The notes below the pieces were generated by a model. It was not told the DNA's origin, searched no databases, and saw only the letters and a list, made by a program, of their open reading frames with translations. Both the position numbers and the translations under genes were made by a program. This document shows, piece after piece, positions 9,297-17,866 of a DNA stretch of 64,000 bases. The stretch is from Phototrophicaceae bacterium (GTDB taxonomy: Bacteria; Chloroflexota; Anaerolineae; Aggregatilineales; Phototrophicaceae). The stretch spans positions 162,643-226,642 of the forward strand of contig OZ245943.1 of NCBI GenBank assembly GCA_965230145.1, in the 5' to 3' direction. How positions within the stretch are numbered: the first letter of the stretch is position 1; each line of letters starts with the position of its first letter.

Positions 9297-9575
9297 CACC
9301 GTTGATATGAACGGTCATATCCCCAACATCATATCATCAAAAAATGCTAGACTCTGCCTAGCACCTTAACAACTCTATATAATTATGAGGGTCTTTTTCA
9401 CTAACCAAGCACAAACCGAGTCGGTGAAAATTTCCCTGTTATCTTCGGCTACCTCACGTCCAAAACTTTTTAATGAGAGGACTATCTCGTGTTTTACGAA
9501 ATTGTCTGAACTCATTATTTTGCTTGTGCAGTCATGAGGCTGTTTTCGCTGTTATGCCCTGATAAACAGGAAAAA
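9297..9575 (-). repeat. Intergenic repeat module, copy A (~280 nt)
   Basis: Shares two well-conserved blocks with 10889-11200. These are an ~75-nt block with a hairpin and T-run, and an ~130-nt block (..CACAAGCAAAATAATGAGTTCA..CCTGTTTATCAGGGCATAACAGCGAAAACAGCC on the minus strand). Confidence 0.75.
9339..9363 (-). terminator. Rho-independent terminator inside repeat copy A
   Basis: Minus strand: TGCTAG-gcagagt-CTAGCA followed by TTTTTT. Confidence 0.55.
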
Positions 9576-9595
9576 TGCTTTCCACAGTGTTGCAG

Positions 9596-10777
9596 TTAAT
9601 CATTGAATACACTCTGTATAAACGTGTTTGCTTCGGGGAAGAAAATCTCATGCCCTCCTTGCCCAATAAAATAGTCAATGTTTTCTTCTAAGCCACTATA
9701 GTATTGAGATTCAATTTCATCTACCACCATAGGTACTGCTTGTGAGCGGGCATCACTTTCACCCGAATCGAAGTAGAGTGGGCGCGGTTGAATTAAGCCT
9801 GCCAAGCGGACATCATCAAATACTAACAGGTAATCATCCAGCAAATTGAATTGTCCTGATTTATATAACATCCATAAGGGGTATAACAGCACATTATCCC
9901 CTGCCAGTTTTTCATCGCGGTCTTCAACCCATGAACTAACGATTGTCACATCCATATTGGGTTCTGATGCTCCAAGATAATAGGCAAGTTGTCCGCCTAA
10001 ACTAATGCCATATACGCCGAATTGTGAATGTGTATCGGCAAAATAATTATCAATAGCCATCAGTTGACCTATTTCAATGCCCACCAAAGAGAAGCCTAAT
10101 ACCCTAGCGCGACGGTCTAGCGCGTTTCTATCACGATTAATGAATTCACTATCAATCGGCTGAGTTACAATATAGGGTGCGAATACAGTGAAACCAGCTT
10201 CAACCAGTTGTTTCGCAAATTGATGATGATAATCATCGACATTATCTAAACCTAAGATACGTTCTGGCGACCCAGCCGTACCGTGAATGGCAATGATGAG
10301 GGGTGCATCGGCATTCGGGACATACAGCCCTCGCAATGTCATTTCGTCTTCACATACGCTTAGACTCAACTCGTAGACTTCAAAATCTACGGATGTATTC
10401 GCTAATTGCTGTTCAGAAATTAAGCTAGCACTCTGATTATTGAGGCAAGTGCTTGGAACACCGAGTAATTCCAACAATTCATCTCTTGTCGGTGGTGGGA
10501 GACTATCCCGTTGTGCTTCTACTTGGGCTAATTGATACTCTAGGTAAGTTGAAATATCGTGAAAGGCATCTATCGGCTCTGTTTCTGGGTCTGTTTCAAA
10601 TATAATGTTCAAATCCATGATTGAATCTGGCGTGCCATCAACGGTTATCTCAGTTGGGGTTGGTTGGTTATCTGATTCTGGTGATGGAAGATTTGCTAAA
10701 TTGGAGAATAGCAACAATGCCAGCATACACACGGCCCCGATGATGAAAACGACAATGTAATGAAATTTTGCTTGCAT
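9596..10777 (-). CDS. Membrane-anchored alpha/beta hydrolase (esterase-like)
   Basis: N-terminal TM helix, IIAIHGTAGSP, the nucleophile elbow GISLGGQ, and a C-terminal GGHEIF. Confidence 0.65.
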   Translation of the reverse strand: MQAKFHYIVVFIIGAVCMLALLLFSNLANLPSPESDNQPTPTEITVDGTPDSIMDLNIIFETDPETEPIDAFHDISTYLEYQLAQVEAQRDSLPPPTRDELLELLGVPSTCLNNQSASLISEQQLANTSVDFEVYELSLSVCEDEMTLRGLYVPNADAPLIIAIHGTAGSPERILGLDNVDDYHHQFAKQLVEAGFTVFAPYIVTQPIDSEFINRDRNALDRRARVLGFSLVGIEIGQLMAIDNYFADTHSQFGVYGISLGGQLAYYLGASEPNMDVTIVSSWVEDRDEKLAGDNVLLYPLWMLYKSGQFNLLDDYLLVFDDVRLAGLIQPRPLYFDSGESDARSQAVPMVVDEIESQYYSGLEENIDYFIGQGGHEIFFPEANTFIQSVFND

Positions 10778-10888
10778 TATTCTTCTTCCAGATGGCTTAA
10801 TTACAGTAATCTATAACGTCCGTTTATAAACTTGTCTCATAAATAGAGCAAGAATTAAATAGCGTAGACTAACTCTTCTCACTCTATT

Positions 10889-11200
10889 AACACCGTTGAT
10901 ATAAACGGATCATATCCTCAACATCATACCATCAAAAAGTGCTAGACTTTGTCTAGCACTTTAGCAATCGAATACTCTCTCAGATGCTCTGCGTTACGCT
11001 TTTAGGAACAAACCAAAAACAAACTACCAGTACGAAAAATCCCCTGTTAATTCCTGTTATTTTGTATACTCCACGCCCAAAACTTTTAATGAGATAATTA
11101 TCTCGGGTTTTATGAACTTGTTTGAACTCATTATTTTGCTTGTGTAGTAATGAACCACGAGAGTGGCTGTTTTCGCTGTTATGCCCTGATAAACAGGAAA
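10889..11200 (-). repeat. Intergenic repeat module, copy B (~310 nt)
   Basis: See copy A. It starts a few nt after the gltX stop and ends about 110 nt upstream of the hydrolase start. Confidence 0.75.
10933..10960 (-). terminator. Rho-independent terminator inside repeat copy B
   Basis: Minus strand: GTGCTAGAC-aaa-GTCTAGCAC followed by TTTTT. Confidence 0.65.
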
Positions 11201-11206
11201 ATTCAT

Positions 11207-12916
11207 TTAAGCGTGTGATGCAAAGTAATCTCTCGCAGATGTGAAGCGCGATAGCACACGTCCCTCACCCATTGTGCGTACCATCTCGTATAAGTCAGGC
11301 GTTTGCGTTTTGCCTGTCAGTGCCACACGGAATGCCATCATAATATCGCCGAACCACCCTTTGTAATCCTCTGGATTTTTCTGGTAGTCTTTGCGCCGTT
11401 TGGCATAACCATTCTCTGCGGCGTAATCACGCATCCGTTGTAACCACGCATCTTTATCTTCATTAAATGTCTGTGCTGTGGTATCAATCAGATAAGCCAG
11501 CAAATCCAGCAAATCCTCTTTTTTCAGGTCTGGAATATCAGCGTAGCCGTCTGGCACATAGCGTTCAAATAGTTGGTCAAAGAAAACGCCATAATAGGTC
11601 TCGAACTCATCCCACTTAGCGAGGTCTTTACGCGGATTTTCGCCACCGCGTTCAATATCAAATACGCGGATGCTGTAGTCTTCATTTGCCTTTAGGATAG
11701 GCACAGACTCGGATTGATAATCTTTTGCCCACGCCAATACCTGCTCATAGACCTCTTTCGCAGAGTAATTCGCTATGATTTCCTTCGATACACTAGTCAA
11801 TTTTTCCATATCGAATAAGGCACTCGCACGCCCCAGACGGTCAATCTCAAAGGGGAAATCCGTATAAGGTGCTTGTGGATTTTCGTTGCGCCATTCCTCA
11901 AAAGTCGAATTGGCTAAGTTCAGCAAATATTCGAGAATGGCTGTTTGAGGATAGCCATTCTCATAATAGTAAGACATGGCAGATTCAGCATCTTTGCGCT
12001 TCGAGAGTTTACGACGCGAGTTACCTTCCATCTTGGCAATCGGCGCAATATGAGCGTAGGTCGGCAAAGGAATATCCAACAATTCATGAATTTGAACATG
12101 CAAAGGAATCGACGGAATCCATTCATCGGCACGCAAAATTAAGTTTATCCGCATCAAGTAATCATCAACCACATGCGCGAAATGATAAGTCGGGAAACGG
12201 TCTGACTTGAGCAAGACAGCATCAATATCATTAACAGGAAATTCTAAGCGTTCACGGATTTTATCTTCCACAGCGACTTTATCATCGGATGCCATCGGCG
12301 CTTTAATGCGAATCACAAATTCATCACCATTGGCTAGCCGTTGTTTGATGTCTTCTAAGCTGAGATTACGACTCCGCGCCCACACACCGAAAATTCCCGG
12401 GCGACCATTCTCTTTTTGTTGTTGTTCACGGATGGCATCCAGTTCTTCGCTGGTCATGAAGCAGGGGTATGCCCCACCACGCGCGACCATGTCTTTAATG
12501 AACACTTGATAGAGGTCAAAGCGTTGGCTCTGGATATAAGGTCCGTAATCGCCTTGTTGTGTGATGGGGTCAATCGTGACAGGTCCTTCATCGGGTAGTA
12601 AATCCACTTTGGCAAAGGCTTCGATAATTTGCTCTGTACCGCGCTCGATTTCACGATTTTGGTCAGTATCTTCAATCCGCAGGATGTATACCCCACCCGT
12701 TGTTTTGGTCAGCATCTTATTGAGTAGCCCTGCAAAAACACCCCCAAGATGAATGAAGCCTGTTGGGCTAGGGGCGAATCGACTGACCCATGCGCGCTCT
12801 GGTAAGGTACGTGGTGGATATTGGGCTTCGATTTCGGCTCGGGTTTGGGTGACATCAGGAAACAAGAGGTCTGCTAAAGCATGGAAATCATCTGATGACA
12901 TAGCGTTAATTGACAT
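11207..12916 (-). CDS. gltX: Glutamate--tRNA ligase
   Basis: Class I signature SRFAPSPTGFIHLGG (HIGH-type) and KLSKRK (KMSKS-type). GluRS-like throughout. Confidence 0.9.
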   Translation of the reverse strand: MSINAMSSDDFHALADLLFPDVTQTRAEIEAQYPPRTLPERAWVSRFAPSPTGFIHLGGVFAGLLNKMLTKTTGGVYILRIEDTDQNREIERGTEQIIEAFAKVDLLPDEGPVTIDPITQQGDYGPYIQSQRFDLYQVFIKDMVARGGAYPCFMTSEELDAIREQQQKENGRPGIFGVWARSRNLSLEDIKQRLANGDEFVIRIKAPMASDDKVAVEDKIRERLEFPVNDIDAVLLKSDRFPTYHFAHVVDDYLMRINLILRADEWIPSIPLHVQIHELLDIPLPTYAHIAPIAKMEGNSRRKLSKRKDAESAMSYYYENGYPQTAILEYLLNLANSTFEEWRNENPQAPYTDFPFEIDRLGRASALFDMEKLTSVSKEIIANYSAKEVYEQVLAWAKDYQSESVPILKANEDYSIRVFDIERGGENPRKDLAKWDEFETYYGVFFDQLFERYVPDGYADIPDLKKEDLLDLLAYLIDTTAQTFNEDKDAWLQRMRDYAAENGYAKRRKDYQKNPEDYKGWFGDIMMAFRVALTGKTQTPDLYEMVRTMGEGRVLSRFTSARDYFASHA

Positions 12917-13079
12917 AGAGATATAGGTGTCCTTATAAATGACTGTGTGGTCTTTTAAGACCCTAATCTTAACAGGTTTTCAGCATAATCCAACGGTATG
13001 CTAAAACAGGCAAAGCCATAGAAAGGCTATCCCTATGACTGGTTTCCGTATATCAAGTAGTAAAAAATATTAGAGATAT

Positions 13080-15035
13080 TTAGTCATCTTTGTCTACATT
13101 AACGGAAGGTGTTACTGCGTCCGTTATAGGCAATGTAACTGTAATTTTTGTCCCAACGCCTAGTGTGGATGAAATTTCAAATTCGCCTTCATGCAGACTA
13201 ATAGCTTCTAAAACTATGCTCAAGCCAAGACCCGTACCGGGAACGATTGATTGGCGCACTCCTTTAGCCCGATAATAGCGTTTTTTCACATGAGGAAGTT
13301 CGTCTTCTGCAATACCAATGCCTGTATCTTCGACAATGAGCTTAATCACATCATCTTGGTGAGTGAGGGTAATGCTGATTTTACCTTCAAGCGTGTATTT
13401 AATAGCATTTGTCAGGAGATTTTCAAAGAGTTGCTGAAGTCCGAATTTTAATCCTAGCATTGATGGTACAGGCTGAATATCTAATTGCAACTCAATCTCA
13501 GCTAATTCAATGGTTGTCCGATGTGCTTCAACGATTGGTAGCAGAATTTCATGGAGTAAGACAGGGTTTAGAGCTTTATCACTTGCAAATGATAGTTCTA
13601 CATTAGACATCATATTAACGTTTTCCATTAAAACTGTAATTCGTTGTGTTTGTTTTTCAATACGTTCTATATATTGCGTAAAGTTTGAGGGTTTTCGTTT
13701 CAGCATGGATGTATTGAGCATGATTGAAGAAAGCGGTGTCCGAATATCGTGTGCTATATCTTCCATAAAACTGGTTTTTATGAGGTCAACTTGCTTTAAT
13801 TGTTCATTTGCCCATTTAAGTTCGGCAGTCCGTTCAGTAACGAGAATATCTAACTGGGTATAGAAATTACGCAATTCGTAAAGTGTATCTTCAAAAGACT
13901 TGGCTAACTCCCCTATTTCATCCTTGCTATTAATGGTTTGGGTTAATCGAAGCGAATTTTGCCAATCACGAATATATAAATTTTTGCTGGCTAAGTATAA
14001 GGCTCGTAATGGATTAACGATTTGATAAGCAATCGGTAAACTTATGAATAAAGAGATAAATAAACCTATTAAGCTGATAACACCAATACCTGTTATCGTC
14101 TGGTTTACGGGAAGGGTAATACTTTCGATAGGTTCTTCACGAACTAATAACCAATTCCATTGTTGAATGCCTGTATCAATGGCAATGGGTGTATAGACAA
14201 TTAAACTATGCTGTTCGGCATCAATAAAGTATTGTGGTTGTGTAGGTTGAATAGGAATTGTAGGTATAAGATTCTGAATACGTGTGTCGTGGTTGAGGTC
14301 AGATGCGTATAAAAATGATTCAGGAATATTTGAGTTGGTGTACATAATATCCCCTGCCTGATTTGTAATATAGTATACTGAATGGTGATTGTTTTGTGTA
14401 GCAATCGAGAAGATTTCATTGGATATTAAATTCAAAACAAGAAGGGCTTGAATATCACCATCATTATTGAATAGGGGGGTAACATAGCGCAGTGCGGGTT
14501 GATAAGGGTCTTCGATAACACCATTTTCTTGATTGAGGTTCAAATTAGAGAGATAAACTTCATTTTGAGCTAAGTTCACAGATTGTTGGAAATAGTCGCG
14601 TTGTGATTTATCTTGTAAGTCCTCGTCCAACACTACTTCAGCAGATTGGTTCTGGTAATTAATTCTAATTAGCTCCATCCCATCTGGAGATAATAAGCGT
14701 ACTTGGTCATAGGTTCTTTTGGCGGTTGCAAATGCAGAAAATAATTCGACAACATCGTCCCGATTTTCGTCATTTGGGTTTTGCAAATAATCAATAACGC
14801 TTGGAGATTGGCTCAGTAGATTAAGATTAGCAACTACATCATCTAATAAAAGTGATATTTCATTACGCTGAAATTCCAAATTTCTCAGAGATTCTTCGGC
14901 GCGTTGTTCAATTAAATCATTGCGGACAGTCGTTTGAACATAAACAAATACCATTATTGGTACTATGCTTAAACAAATGATAAATCCTATAGCAATCTTA
15001 AAAAAAATTGAGTGATACCACTTAAAATTATCCAA
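13080..15035 (-). CDS. Sensor histidine kinase (extracytoplasmic sensor domain, HAMP, HisKA, HATPase_c)
   Basis: Two TM segments flank an ~280-aa domain. H-box FMEDIAHDIRTPLSS, N-box NLLTNAIKYT, and G-boxes DTGIGI and GTGLGLSIV. Confidence 0.85.
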   Translation of the reverse strand: MDNFKWYHSIFFKIAIGFIICLSIVPIMVFVYVQTTVRNDLIEQRAEESLRNLEFQRNEISLLLDDVVANLNLLSQSPSVIDYLQNPNDENRDDVVELFSAFATAKRTYDQVRLLSPDGMELIRINYQNQSAEVVLDEDLQDKSQRDYFQQSVNLAQNEVYLSNLNLNQENGVIEDPYQPALRYVTPLFNNDGDIQALLVLNLISNEIFSIATQNNHHSVYYITNQAGDIMYTNSNIPESFLYASDLNHDTRIQNLIPTIPIQPTQPQYFIDAEQHSLIVYTPIAIDTGIQQWNWLLVREEPIESITLPVNQTITGIGVISLIGLFISLFISLPIAYQIVNPLRALYLASKNLYIRDWQNSLRLTQTINSKDEIGELAKSFEDTLYELRNFYTQLDILVTERTAELKWANEQLKQVDLIKTSFMEDIAHDIRTPLSSIMLNTSMLKRKPSNFTQYIERIEKQTQRITVLMENVNMMSNVELSFASDKALNPVLLHEILLPIVEAHRTTIELAEIELQLDIQPVPSMLGLKFGLQQLFENLLTNAIKYTLEGKISITLTHQDDVIKLIVEDTGIGIAEDELPHVKKRYYRAKGVRQSIVPGTGLGLSIVLEAISLHEGEFEISSTLGVGTKITVTLPITDAVTPSVNVDKDD

Positions 15036-15405
15036 AGCACATTCCTACATGTTAGTGTTAGTAAATTATAACCGAAACACATTTATTAATAAATTAAGAT
15101 TCATCTTTCAATATTGTTTATTGCTTTTAGAGGCGATGCAATTGTCAGTAGTGAGGAATTAATCAGAGTAACATGATTACTATTATTATATTGATAGATT
15201 TGAATTCAATAAAATTAAGATATTTATAGGGAATTGATAGAAGCAAGTTACAGGAGAGTATTATTAGGAGGCAGGTGATTTCTCCATATTTTTGTTGCTT
15301 AGAGTACGTCGAATCGATACGTTTTTAGCGTATTGCTTCAAGGACAGTTACTTACCTTGTGTACTGCCTATACTATCGATGATTTTGTAGGTTCACTAAA
15401 GAAAA

Positions 15406-16170
15406 TTAACTGACGTGAATGAGGATAGCTGTTTTATCATCTGAGCGGATATGTTGATTTTGCTGTTCCAACTGTTCGGCTTCTTTTATTAAGGCACTCA
15501 CTGATTGACCGCTATATTGAAATTGTGACTTATCAATCAGTATATCAAGTCCGTCAGATGCTAGTAGAATACGTATACCTGCTTTTAGTTTAAATTGATG
15601 GTATTCCACAAACTTTAGGGCATTTTCCTCGCCATTTATGATGCCATAAGCATAGGGATGTTGAAGGTTGTTTGAGATTTCATCTCTTATCTGGGCTTTG
15701 GAGAAGTCATTGGCATGTTCTTCAATGAGTTTTGTTTGCGGTGTGGTTAATTGTTTAGCAGATGAATTCAAGAGGTAGACTGAACAATCTCCTATATGAG
15801 CATAATAAAAATGCTCGTCAACAATCATAGACACTATGGCAACGGTGCTAGGAGCAAATTCTGTGTAAGGTCTATTGTGGTCAGCAATGGTGGCATTAGC
15901 AGAGGCAATCGACTGTTGGAGACAATCTATTGGTTCGTGGTGGCTATTCTGCTTCAGATACTGATGGACTACATTTACAAATAATTGTGAAACCGCTCTT
16001 GCAGGGCTGGGATTCGGATATTGCCCGTTTATGCGGTCTCGTGTAACACCATCTGCGACGATATAGATGTGATTATCTTCATCAACTAAGTAAAAATCTT
16101 CATTAGGCTTGCCAACTGACGTATTTGCTACAGAATCAGCAGAAGTTTGTATGGAATATGGTGTATTCAT
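15406..16170 (-). CDS. PP2C-family (PPM) protein phosphatase
   Basis: YIVADGVT, LLASDGL and DDKTAILIHV metal-ligand motifs in the PPM order. Confidence 0.75.
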   Translation of the reverse strand: MNTPYSIQTSADSVANTSVGKPNEDFYLVDEDNHIYIVADGVTRDRINGQYPNPSPARAVSQLFVNVVHQYLKQNSHHEPIDCLQQSIASANATIADHNRPYTEFAPSTVAIVSMIVDEHFYYAHIGDCSVYLLNSSAKQLTTPQTKLIEEHANDFSKAQIRDEISNNLQHPYAYGIINGEENALKFVEYHQFKLKAGIRILLASDGLDILIDKSQFQYSGQSVSALIKEAEQLEQQNQHIRSDDKTAILIHVS

Positions 16171-16224
16171 ATCCTAATTATTCTTTCAACTAGCTCGAAA
16201 AATTTATTTTTGTCTCATTCAAGA

Positions 16225-16258
16225 ACAAAAAAGGATACAGCACAATGACCATATCCTT
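16225..16258 (-). terminator. Rho-independent terminator after sucB
   Basis: Minus strand: AAGGATA-14 nt-TATCCTT followed by TTTTTG. Confidence 0.6.
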
Positions 16259-16282
16259 TGAGTTTCTCTTATTTACGCAGGT

Positions 16283-17515
16283 TTAACCTTCAATCAATAG
16301 AGTTTCAGGGTCTTCGATGAGGTCTTTGATTTTGACGAGGAATTGGACTGCGCTACTACCATCTACAATACGATGGTCGTAAGTAAGTGCCATATACATC
16401 CAAGGGCGAATGACGATTTCTCCATCAACCACAACGGGGCGGTCTTTGATGCCGTGTAAGCCTAAAATACCGACTTGGGGATAATTCAGAATTGGGGTAC
16501 TCATCAATGAACCAAATACACCACCATTAGTTATGGTGAATGACCCACCACGCAGGGCTTCTATCGGAAGAGTATTTTCACGGACTTGGAGTGCATAGCC
16601 TTTAATTTGCTTTTCGATTTCAGCAAAACTCATACGGTCGGCATCACGTAGGACAGGCACAACTAAACCTTCTTTGCCCCCAACAGCGATACCAATATCA
16701 TAGTAATTTTTGTCGATGACATAGTCACCTTCGATTTCTGCATTGAGGCGTGGGTAGGCTTTTAATGCGCCAACGGTTGCCTTGATGAAGAAGGAATTCA
16801 CGCCTAATCCGACTCCGTACTTTTCGCGGAAGGCATCTTTACGACGACTACGGAGTTCCATAACTGCGCCCATATCTACCTCTTGGAACGTGGTGAGCAT
16901 GGCAGCAGTGGCTTGAGCATGTACGAGGTTCTTAGCAATTGTCCGACGCAAGCGCGACATCTTTACACGGTCTTCATCATCGCGCAATTCACGTTGTGCG
17001 CTATCTGCTGATGGTGCAGGCGTTGGTTTAGATGCGGGCTTCGCTGGTGCTGGTTTGCTCTTATTATCAATGAAGGCTTGTACATCGGCTTTATCAATTT
17101 TGCTCCCATTGGCTGGGATGTCATCAAGATTGACACCGTGTTCTTTTGCCATGCGCTGTGCGACAGGTGTTGCTTTCACACCACTATCAGCAACAGAGGA
17201 TGCCTCAGCTTGTTCTGGCTGTTTTTCTTCTTTAGCTGGTGCTTCTTCGGCTTTGGGTGCTGGTGCGGCTTCTGCTTCTGCGCCTGCGTCTAGTTTGGCA
17301 AGTACCTGCCCTGCCACAACATCTTCTTCTTCGGCGGCGACAATCTCAGATAATACGCCTGATTGTTCTGCGGTGACTTCTAAAGATACTTTGTCTGTTT
17401 CTAGGACAACTAAAACATCACCAGCAGATACACTATCACCTGCCGCTTTCAGCCATTCGGCTACTGTCGCTTCTACTACGGATTCACTTAATGGTGGGAC
17501 AACTATATCGACCAT
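16283..17515 (-). CDS. sucB: 2-oxoglutarate dehydrogenase E2, dihydrolipoyllysine-residue succinyltransferase
   Basis: Lipoyl domain (VLETDKVSLEV), an Ala/Pro-rich linker, a subunit-binding domain, and a catalytic domain ending in LTYDHRIVDG. Confidence 0.9.
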   Translation of the reverse strand: MVDIVVPPLSESVVEATVAEWLKAAGDSVSAGDVLVVLETDKVSLEVTAEQSGVLSEIVAAEEEDVVAGQVLAKLDAGAEAEAAPAPKAEEAPAKEEKQPEQAEASSVADSGVKATPVAQRMAKEHGVNLDDIPANGSKIDKADVQAFIDNKSKPAPAKPASKPTPAPSADSAQRELRDDEDRVKMSRLRRTIAKNLVHAQATAAMLTTFQEVDMGAVMELRSRRKDAFREKYGVGLGVNSFFIKATVGALKAYPRLNAEIEGDYVIDKNYYDIGIAVGGKEGLVVPVLRDADRMSFAEIEKQIKGYALQVRENTLPIEALRGGSFTITNGGVFGSLMSTPILNYPQVGILGLHGIKDRPVVVDGEIVIRPWMYMALTYDHRIVDGSSAVQFLVKIKDLIEDPETLLIEG

Positions 17516-17637
17516 TTTTTACTCCCTCTTGTTTACTTCGGTTGGCGTGCCAAATTTTTTGACAATTTTGTTTGTATGTTTTATTGGGCGGAACCTGCTT
17601 CGCCTCTATGATTGTTTTTGGTTCATTTTTTCGTTGC

Positions 17638-17863
17638 GGCTGGCATGGATGCCATCCCTACATCGTACCTGATTTTTTATAGGACAACGCAGGCATTGTC
17701 CCTACATGGTTCTTCTTAAGAATGTAGATTTTTCGGACACGATACATCACGTCCCTACAATTACAAGCTACATTGTAAAACTGCGTTGCGATTTTCTACA
17801 TCATACCTGATTTTGTAAAAGGACAACGCAGTATATTGGGCAGACCAACGGTCAGCCCCTACA
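17638..17863 (-). repeat. Array of four GTAGGG-hairpin (REP-like) units plus a duplicated 35-nt linker in the sucA-sucB spacer
   Basis: Minus-strand units are TGTAGGGGCTGACCGTTGGTCTGCCC, TGTAGGGACGTGATGTATCGTGTCC, TGTAGGGACAATGCCTGCGTTGTCC and TGTAGGGATGGCATCCATGCCAGCC. Segments 17658-17693 and 17796-17831 are near-identical. Confidence 0.75.
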
Positions 17864-17866
17864 ATT

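Noticed and set aside
9247-9318. N-terminal extensions offered by the ORF track (8005-9318, and likewise the starts at 21502, 26405, 27051, 30900, 41587 and 50315)
   Set aside because: The extensions overlap upstream genes, terminators or conserved intergenic repeats. They precede better starts that have SD sequences and give native-looking N-termini (signal peptide, family-typical first residues).
15268-15322. AGGAGG followed by a GTG-initiated 17-codon plus-strand mini-ORF in the PP2C-kinase spacer
   Set aside because: The SD-to-start spacing is only 3 nt, there is no downstream plus-strand gene to regulate, and conservation cannot be assessed here.
17055-17672. 205-aa plus-strand ORF (and a 71-aa ORF at 17078-17293) overlapping sucB
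   Set aside because: It is antisense to a well-supported sucB gene. Its Ala/Ser/Thr/Cys-rich low-complexity translation mirrors the Ala/Pro-rich E2 linker on the other strand. There is no start context.
17638-17863. The repeat array in the sucA-sucB spacer as a possible mini-CRISPR
   Set aside because: The units share only the GTAGGG head. The rest of each unit differs and is itself palindromic, spacing is irregular, there are only four units, and no cas genes are present. It is REP-like, not CRISPR.
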